Below, in pieces: positions 7,188 to 13,147 of a DNA stretch of 13,147 nucleotides. Positions within the stretch are counted from its first letter, which is position 1. Every line of letters starts with the position of its first letter. The stretch lies in assembly GCA_038217285.1 (NCBI GenBank), contig JBBQPO010000174.1:1-13147 (forward strand), read 5' to 3'. The DNA comes from Chthonomonadales bacterium (GTDB lineage Bacteria > Armatimonadota > Chthonomonadetes > Chthonomonadales > Chthonomonadaceae). Under the pieces are notes generated by a model that saw only the letters and a list, made by a program, of their open reading frames with translations, had not been told where the DNA came from and ran no database searches. The position numbers and the translations under genes are program-made.

Positions 7188-7232
7188 AAAAACGATGCGC
7201 CGATGGCGCGTGCTGAACACGGCATCGGCGCA
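7188..7232 (-). terminator. intrinsic terminator after sigH
   Basis: TGCGCCGATG (7196-7205) / CATCGGCGCA (7223-7232) stem, followed on the minus strand by TCGTTTTT. Confidence 0.6.
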
Positions 7233-7262
7233 AAGCATAAAGAAAACGATAACAGCGAACGA

Positions 7263-7967
7263 TCAACGCAGCGCGGAGTTGATGAGAAGCTCGCTTAAGT
7301 TGGCGAGGCCCAGTGGAACACTGGAGACCTTGCGCTTGATACGGGCAAGCGCATTATCCACCGATTTGGTTTTACATTTGAGTTCTGAAGCAATTTCGCG
7401 GTAGGATTTCCCGATCTGGTATCCCGCCAGCACATTCCACTCGAAATCCGAAAGTACCTGTTGCAGCATCTCGTGGAGAACCCGGGTGTCTTCGCTTTGG
7501 ATGACGAGTTCTTCGGGATCGAGAGTATCGGTAGAGGGAATAATGTCGGAGAGGTTCCAATCGGGGCCGGAGTCCTCGGAAGGACTTTCCAACGAGAGTG
7601 ACGTATTGAGAGGCATCTGTTTCTGGCGTGTCGCGGTCTTGATGGCGGTGATGATATGCCGCTGGATACAGACTTTGGCGAACGCCGGAAAAGAGATAGC
7701 CTTGTCGCAGCGAAAGTCGACGATCGCCTGCCAGAGACCGATCATTCCGACCTGAAGCAGGTCTTCTTTCTCGGCTCCTACCAGGAAGTAGGACTTTACT
7801 TTCGTGCGAACGAGGTTACGATATTTGTACAGCAGGAATTCTGAGGCGGCCTCATCACCCCGCTGCGCTCTATCAACGATCTCCCGGTCGGCCATATCGG
7901 CAAACTTGATGTGACTGGGGGGGAGATGCTGCTGCAATTCACTGATCACCCTGTTCCCTCGATCCAT
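7263..7967 (-). CDS. sigH: RNA polymerase sigma factor, SigH (Spo0H) type
   Basis: 'KYRNLVRTKVKSYFLVGAEKEDLLQVGMIGLWQAIVDF', 'CIQRHIITAIKTATRQKQMPLN', 'DPEELVI', 'LSDFEWNVL', 'GKSYREIA...KSVDNALARIKRK' match the Bacillus/Clostridium SigH signature. Alternative start GTG 7949. Confidence 0.9.
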   Translation of the reverse strand: MDRGNRVISELQQHLPPSHIKFADMADREIVDRAQRGDEAASEFLLYKYRNLVRTKVKSYFLVGAEKEDLLQVGMIGLWQAIVDFRCDKAISFPAFAKVCIQRHIITAIKTATRQKQMPLNTSLSLESPSEDSGPDWNLSDIIPSTDTLDPEELVIQSEDTRVLHEMLQQVLSDFEWNVLAGYQIGKSYREIASELKCKTKSVDNALARIKRKVSSVPLGLANLSELLINSALR

Positions 7968-8093
7968 AGGATTTGTGTCGGCGAAGTCGCCGCGTGGCCC
8001 TGCGGAACGATGCCGCTGGGCAAGAGGATTAGTTGCAGCCGTTTCTCATATCGCCTGAAATAAAACTCAGGCGTTTAGGAAGCGCCGCTTAGT

Positions 8094-8122
8094 ATTATAC
8101 TGGAAACCGAAAAGGAATTCAA
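8094..8122 (-). promoter_or_regulatory. sigma70-type promoter of sigH
   Basis: TTGAAT (8122-8117), 17 nt, TATAAT (8099-8094). Confidence 0.65.
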
Positions 8123-8298
8123 CCTATCGCGAAAAATTCTCGAAAATTCTGCCCTGCGCGGCAGGAATCGGGGCAAAAGACCTTAAAGAGGGCTTTCCAA
8201 CGGTAAAATCGAGGCGCTTCCTCCTTTACGCGTTAAGCAGGCGAGCGCAAAAATAGGATTCGAGGAGGCTGCCAGAGGGTAGCCTTGACCGCAAAGGA

Positions 8299-8309
8299 TG
8301 TGGTATAAC
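8299..8309 (+). promoter_or_regulatory. extended -10 promoter for the NlpC/P60 gene
   Basis: TGTG-G-TATAAC; the nearby TTGACC (8285-8290) is only 13 nt away, so it is not a properly spaced -35. Confidence 0.45.
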
Positions 8310-8392
8310 GACTCGTGTGCCTGGTTTCCTTTCTGTTTTTGCTCCTGACGGTGATAGAGAAAGGTGAGAAAACATGCAAAGGAACTACCCAT

Positions 8393-9085
8393 TTGAACTT
8401 TTTTCGACCTTATGTCGCTCCCTGCCTTGCGGCCATCTGTCTGCTCGTTGCCACCTCTGCCTTCGTTCGCGCCGATCCTCCTGCCGGTGAACCTCCCGTT
8501 CGCGAGCGAGTCCAGCCCGAATCTACTTCCCCTGCAAAACCGTCGAAGTCTAGCTCTGCGGCGCACTCGAAACAGACTCCACTCCTGAATCGCTATTCGA
8601 CACGGGGCGAGGCGCTGGCTCGTACCGCCCTGGCCTACCGTGGCGCGCCCTACCGCTTCGGCGGTCGGTCGGCGCAGACCGGCTTCGACTGCTCCGGACT
8701 GGTACAGACCGTCTGCGCGAAGTGGGGGCTCTATGTCCCGCGCGCGGCGCACGCCCAGTACAATGCCGGAACCCCCGTCCCGTCCAACAGCCTGCAGCCC
8801 GGCGATCTGGTCTTCTTCAAGAACACCTACAAGCGGGGCCTGTCCCATGTCGGCATCTATATCGGAGATCGCAAGTTTCTGCACGCCGCCGGAGTGCGCT
8901 TTGGAGTCATGGTCAGCAGCCTGGACGACGCCTATCATCGCAATCACTATGTCGGTGCACGCCGTCTCAACCTCTCCAAGCTGCCCCCCGTCCCTGGAGA
9001 AGAGGGCGCGCCGCAGCGCGTCATCCTCGACGACGGCAACGGCGATACAACCGCCGCTCAGCCGACAGACCTCTCGACCCACTAG
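8393..9085 (+). CDS. secreted NlpC/P60 (C40) cell-wall peptidase
   Basis: 'YRGAPYRFGG...GFDCSGLV' (catalytic Cys), 'LQPGDLVFF', 'SHVGIYIG', 'FLHA'. Signal peptide and Pro/Ser linker follow TTG 8393 (AAAGGA at 8378-8383); the ORF-track start is 8315. Confidence 0.9.
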   Translation: MNFFRPYVAPCLAAICLLVATSAFVRADPPAGEPPVRERVQPESTSPAKPSKSSSAAHSKQTPLLNRYSTRGEALARTALAYRGAPYRFGGRSAQTGFDCSGLVQTVCAKWGLYVPRAAHAQYNAGTPVPSNSLQPGDLVFFKNTYKRGLSHVGIYIGDRKFLHAAGVRFGVMVSSLDDAYHRNHYVGARRLNLSKLPPVPGEEGAPQRVILDDGNGDTTAAQPTDLSTH

Positions 9086-9141
9086 GAACCGCAATCCGGT
9101 ACGTCCCAATCTCAGGAGTTCGATTCCTTTCATTGATCTTC

Positions 9142-9184
9142 GCAGACCGCGCAGTCGTTTAGACTGCGCGGTCTGCTTCTTTCT
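9142..9184 (+). terminator. rho-independent terminator
   Basis: Perfect 15-bp stem GCAGACCGCGCAGTC-gttta-GACTGCGCGGTCTGC followed by TTCTTTCT. Confidence 0.85.
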
Positions 9185-9412
9185 GTGCCGTTTTGTTCCT
9201 ATGTTACTATGGTCATAGCGAAATGCACAGGAAGAAGGCTGACCTGATCTCGTGCCCGTGCGTTGAGGCAGCGTCGGTGAAAAAAAGCTTGTCTGCTATA
9301 TCGACTTTGATCCGAACGTTTTGCTACAGTAAGAGCTTATAGAGAGCGACTCTTTGCGAAATCTATTCCAATCCTCGGAAGTCCCGTCTCATTCACCAAC
9401 AGGAGTACTGTC

Positions 9413-10507
9413 ATGCGCACCTCTTTTGCGATTTACTGCCTTGTGTTGTCGTTATTCTGCTTACTCGGCATTTCCGGTCAGGCCCAAACGCAGGTGCGGA
9501 AGACCCAGAAAATGACCGAGGCAGAGACGAGAGTCGTGGAAGACTGCCTCGACATCATCCGCGGCTGCCAGATGACGGATGGAGCCTTTCTGATCGCCAA
9601 TAACGGGAGGACGCCCTCTGCGCAGGTGTGGATCGCGCCCTACTTCGTCAACTACGGGATGTTGGCCTTGCTCGCTGCAAACGATGCCAAAAAGAGCCCT
9701 GCCGATGTCGCGCGTGTCGGCAAGTGGCTGGAGTGGTGTGCACAGCATCAGGAAGCAGCAGGGTTCTGGTGCGACTACGTGGGAACCATCGCGGAGTACC
9801 AGAGCAACGGGAAGGTGGACGCGTATGACAGTTCGGCAGCCATGTTCCTGATGGTTGTCGAAAGTTATCGGCGGGCGGGAGGCAAGGTGTCGGACAAGAT
9901 GCGGGAGGCAGCAAAAAGATCGCTGAAGTGTATTCAGACGGTCACCGACTCCAGGGACAAATTGACTTGGGCGAAGCCGGACTATCAGGTGAAATTCCTG
10001 ATGGACAATATCGAGGTGTATGCCGGCCTGGCATACGCGCAGCAATTCTTTACGGCAAAGCATGACAGGGCCGCCGCGAAAGCCGCCGGGAACCAGAAGG
10101 CGGAGGTCGGGAAGGGCCTGAAAACCTACTGGGAGGCGAAGCAGAAGAAGCGATTTGCATGGGCCTTCTATCCCAACCGCACTTTCGAGGGTGGGATGAA
10201 AGATCTCTACCCACACGGGCTTGCCCAACTGTTCGGCGTCAGCTTCGTGGTCGGCGATCCCGCTCCCTTTGCGGAGGTGGTGAAGACCTTTGAGCCTCTG
10301 AACACCGCAGAAGGCGTCGGCGCGGAGCGCTACCTGATCGCGGCATCCCGCCTGGGCGGCGCGGACGTTGGGAAGTGGCGAACGCAGGCAGTCAAAGCGG
10401 CGGAGGGGTTCACCCCCCAGAACGTATACCTCTTCCGACCAGGTCTGGTGGTTCTGGGTTTGTTGAAGGGAGCCGACTGGATGCCGAGTCTCGCGGGCAG
10501 GAACTGA
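9413..10507 (+). CDS. secreted hypothetical protein, probable (alpha/alpha)6-barrel / six-hairpin glycosidase-like fold
   Basis: AGGAG RBS; Sec-type signal peptide; helical segments with acidic motifs 'DAYDSSAAMFL' and 'FLMDNIEVYAGL'. The fold is inferred. Confidence 0.7.
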   Translation: MRTSFAIYCLVLSLFCLLGISGQAQTQVRKTQKMTEAETRVVEDCLDIIRGCQMTDGAFLIANNGRTPSAQVWIAPYFVNYGMLALLAANDAKKSPADVARVGKWLEWCAQHQEAAGFWCDYVGTIAEYQSNGKVDAYDSSAAMFLMVVESYRRAGGKVSDKMREAAKRSLKCIQTVTDSRDKLTWAKPDYQVKFLMDNIEVYAGLAYAQQFFTAKHDRAAAKAAGNQKAEVGKGLKTYWEAKQKKRFAWAFYPNRTFEGGMKDLYPHGLAQLFGVSFVVGDPAPFAEVVKTFEPLNTAEGVGAERYLIAASRLGGADVGKWRTQAVKAAEGFTPQNVYLFRPGLVVLGLLKGADWMPSLAGRN

Positions 10508-10581
10508 ATCGTCTGGCCCGAACTTCTCCGGTTTGTTCGCGGGGGAAGCGGATCCCCTCCCTCTAACAGAGAAGGAATCCC

Positions 10582-10611
10582 ATGGCGGACAGCAGAAGAA
10601 GCAGGAGATAA
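10582..10611 (+). other. 9-codon mini-ORF MADSRRSRR
   Basis: GAAGGA 5 nt before the ATG; all four Arg codons are AGA/AGG; ends 24 nt before the NHL gene start. Confidence 0.35.
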
Positions 10612-10635
10612 AAATCTTTCCGAGGTGAGCTTCTG

Positions 10636-11652
10636 ATGTCCTGTCTTCGAAGTCGATTCATGGCCCTGATCACGCTGAGTGTGATCGCCCTCTTTGTGAC
10701 GACCCCTCTCCGAGGGATCTCGCAAGGAGAAGTAACGTTCTCCAATGTCCCCAATCACTTTCCGACGCAGCCGGACAACCAGCCGATCGGACCGGCACAC
10801 GGCGGGGTGGCGGTCGATCGCGCCGGCAATATCTACGTCAGCACCGACACGCCGCGTGGTATCCTGGTCTTCGCACCGGACGGCAAATATCTCCGCAATT
10901 TTGGGCCGACGCAGATTCACGGCCTCTACCTGAGACGTGAGCGCGATGGCGAATACCTCTACGCCGCCCGCCCCAACTTCCACGAAGTCCTCAAGATCAA
11001 GACCGATGGAACCCCGGCCTGGACGATGGGATACCCGACCGAGTCCGGCATCTACACGAAAGCCGAGGAGTTCAACCCGACGAACATCGTGGCCCTCGCC
11101 GATGGCACGATCTTTGTCGCGGACGGATACGGCAAGAACTACATCCACAAGTACGACAGCACCCGCAAGTACCTAAAGTCGTTTGGCGGGCCGGGGGGCA
11201 ACCCGGCGGAGGACGGAAAGTTTAACCGCTGCCATGGCCTGGCAGTCGATACGCGCGGTCCCAAACCGCTTCTCATCGTCTGCAACCGTGAGAGCGGCCG
11301 TGTGGAGCAGTGGGATACGGACGGCAACCTGGTGAAGGTGCTGCAGCGCAACTTGCGTATGCCGGCGACAGCCTATGTTGCGGGCGACTACGTCGCTATC
11401 GGGGAGCTGCAAGGCCGCGTCACGATCCTCGGAAAGGACAACAGCATCGTCGCGCAGCTCGGCGACAATCCCAACGTAGCCCAGCGCGCCAACTATGGCC
11501 TGCCTCCGGCGCAGTGGACCGAGGGCATCTGCAACAATCCGCATGGCATCGCCATCGACAAAGCCGGCAACGTGATCGTCTCGGAATGGAGTCAGTTCGG
11601 ACGGCTACACATGTTCGCTCGCAAGCGCGTACCGACAAAGAGGTCGCAGTAG
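10636..11652 (+). CDS. secreted NHL-repeat beta-propeller protein (peptidylamidoglycolate lyase-like)
   Basis: GAGGT RBS; signal-like N-terminus; repeats 'HGGVAVDRAGNIYV', 'PTNIVALADGTIFVADGYG', 'FNRCHGLAVD', 'PHGIAIDKAGNVIVSEW'. Confidence 0.85.
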   Translation: MSCLRSRFMALITLSVIALFVTTPLRGISQGEVTFSNVPNHFPTQPDNQPIGPAHGGVAVDRAGNIYVSTDTPRGILVFAPDGKYLRNFGPTQIHGLYLRRERDGEYLYAARPNFHEVLKIKTDGTPAWTMGYPTESGIYTKAEEFNPTNIVALADGTIFVADGYGKNYIHKYDSTRKYLKSFGGPGGNPAEDGKFNRCHGLAVDTRGPKPLLIVCNRESGRVEQWDTDGNLVKVLQRNLRMPATAYVAGDYVAIGELQGRVTILGKDNSIVAQLGDNPNVAQRANYGLPPAQWTEGICNNPHGIAIDKAGNVIVSEWSQFGRLHMFARKRVPTKRSQ

Positions 11653-11666
11653 AGAGGAGCCGCATT

Positions 11667-12935
11667 ATGAGTGATTTTCCAACGATCATCCCCGAGGGAG
11701 TAATGGCCAGACCCGGCAGACCCGGTGCCAACGACCGTATCGTGGTCGCCAGCATCGGGATCGGCGGCATGGGCCAGAGCCATGTGCCCGCCGATGTCGT
11801 GGCGCTGTGCGATGTGGACCGCACCCGTCTGAATGCCGTCGCGCAGAAAGTTGTCGCCAATGAAAAGCGGACGACGCCGACCCCCCCAGACCTCTACACC
11901 GACTATCGACAACTCCTGGAGCGTAAGGACATCGACGCGGTCACCATTGGCGCTCCGGACCACTGGCATGCGCTTATGACCGTCCACGCCTGTCAGGCAG
12001 GCAAGCATGTCTACTCTGAAAAGCCCACCTGCAACACACTTCAGGAGGGAAGGGCGATGGTCGATGCCGCTCGCCAGTACGACCGCGCCGTGCAGATCGG
12101 CGCGCAGGGGCGCTCCAATGCCAACGCCCACGCCGCCTGCCAGTATGTGCGGAACGGAATGCTCGGGCAGGTGAAGCGCGTGGAGATCTGGCATCCCGAC
12201 AACCCCACCACGACCGATATGGCCGAGCCTATGCCGGTCCCGCCCGATCTCGACTGGGATCTCTGGCTTGGTCCGGCCCACGATCGCCCCTTCCACTCCC
12301 GCTACCATCCCGGCAACTTCCGCTGGTTCATGGATCTGGGCGGCGGACAGATCAAAGATCGCGGCAACCATGCCCTCAGCATGGTCTCCTGGCTGATGAA
12401 TAACGACGGCTATCAGGGCCTGGTTACGGTCGAGGCAACCGGCGATCCCCAACCGACCGGCATGTATACGACCCCGCGCAACCTGGTGGTGAACTGGACG
12501 TTCCAGAATCCGGACTGGACCCTGACCTGGCGTCAAGGCGAGGTGCCTGATTCGCACGCCCCCTGGGGGGCCACCTACTATGGCGACCGCGACAGCCTGA
12601 TCGTTCGGGCGGGCGATGGCGGCTGCGACACAGAGGAGAAGGCGATGCAGTATCAACCGCCCGCGGGCGGGGAGGTCTATCTCTATCCGGCTGCGCCCGG
12701 CACAGAGGCGACGGATAGACATCGTCAGGACTGGTACGACTGCATCCGTACCGGTCGCCTGCCGGTGATGGACGTCGCCATAGGGCATGCCACCTGTTCG
12801 CTCTGTATCCTTGGCAACCTGGCCTACACCCTGGGTCGGAAGCTGACCTACGACATGGCGGCCGAGCGCTTCGTCGGCGACGAGGAGGCCAACGGGCATA
12901 TCGCGGCGCACTACCGCGCGCCCTGGAGCCTCTGA
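11667..12935 (+). CDS. Gfo/Idh/MocA-family NAD(P)-dependent oxidoreductase
   Basis: 'IGIGGMG', 'ALCDVD', 'DIDAVTIGAPDHWHA', 'GKHVYSEKP', 'LDWDLWLGPA', 'GGGQIKDRGNH', C-terminal 'YRAPWSL'. Start ATG 11667 with GAGGAG RBS. Confidence 0.92.
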   Translation: MSDFPTIIPEGVMARPGRPGANDRIVVASIGIGGMGQSHVPADVVALCDVDRTRLNAVAQKVVANEKRTTPTPPDLYTDYRQLLERKDIDAVTIGAPDHWHALMTVHACQAGKHVYSEKPTCNTLQEGRAMVDAARQYDRAVQIGAQGRSNANAHAACQYVRNGMLGQVKRVEIWHPDNPTTTDMAEPMPVPPDLDWDLWLGPAHDRPFHSRYHPGNFRWFMDLGGGQIKDRGNHALSMVSWLMNNDGYQGLVTVEATGDPQPTGMYTTPRNLVVNWTFQNPDWTLTWRQGEVPDSHAPWGATYYGDRDSLIVRAGDGGCDTEEKAMQYQPPAGGEVYLYPAAPGTEATDRHRQDWYDCIRTGRLPVMDVAIGHATCSLCILGNLAYTLGRKLTYDMAAERFVGDEEANGHIAAHYRAPWSL

Positions 12936-13030
12936 TCTTTGCTCGTTTGCCGTGCGCAGTAGCGTGTACTGTTCGGGATCGACCATGAGGCTGTCAATAG
13001 ACATGCCGCATGACTGGAGGCTTTGTCGTG

Positions 13031-13147
13031 ATGCAAAACAACTATCGCCTGCTCTTTAGTACTGTATTTGCTGTCGGCACGATCACCCTGCCTGGTTCCG
13101 GCGCTCTCGGGCAGGCCCGGCAGCGACAGGCCCCGCAGGCTGCGGGG
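13031..13147 (+). CDS. 5' end of a probable secreted protein (MQNNYRLLFSTVFAVGTITLPGSGALGQ...)
   Basis: GGAGG at 13016-13020, in-frame GTG/ATG at 13028/13031, signal-peptide-like sequence, open to the window end. Confidence 0.6.
   Translation, partial: MQNNYRLLFSTVFAVGTITLPGSGALGQARQRQAPQAAG

Noticed and set aside
8111-8138. Possible SigH-type promoter AAAGGAATT...GAAAAAT
   Set aside because: No GAAT at the expected spacing; the sequence is better explained by the opposite-strand sigma70 promoter.
8378-8395. AAAGGA..CTACCCA shared by the start regions of the NlpC/P60 and regulator genes
   Set aside because: Half of it is the Shine-Dalgarno sequence; the remaining 7-nt match is compatible with chance.
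11310-11666. 119-aa N-terminal extension of the Gfo/Idh/MocA ORF
   Set aside because: Overlaps the NHL gene in another frame; a strong RBS precedes ATG 11667.
1-13147. CRISPR array, tRNA, rRNA, transposase, integrase or reverse transcriptase
   Set aside because: No spaced repeats, cloverleaf structures or diagnostic motifs were seen.

Overview
Bacterial chromosomal window, mostly GC-rich; gene content is compatible with an Armatimonadota-like organism (inference only). Left end (1-~1780): a lower-GC island with a tightly coupled minus-strand operon (TIGR04255-family gene, a 147-aa unknown, and the start of a gene beginning MYLDVSSEAELRQGDI), behind a perfect sigma70 promoter and a ~285-nt leader. 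It is a candidate three-component toxin-antitoxin-like or defence module. Next, a SorC/DeoR-family regulator lies divergent from an aldo/keto reductase, uxaB-like and lgoD-like operon (probable L-galactose/L-galactonate catabolism). Their intergenic region holds a second perfect promoter driving a ~105-nt structured, intrinsically terminated candidate small RNA. Further right are a small coiled-coil protein, a SigH-type sigma factor divergent from a secreted NlpC/P60 peptidase, a secreted helical unknown, an NHL-repeat protein preceded by a 9-codon Arg-rich mini-ORF, a Gfo/Idh/MocA oxidoreductase and the start of another secreted protein. No rRNA, tRNA, CRISPR array or transposase was seen. 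Family calls come from motif recognition by eye, not database searches.
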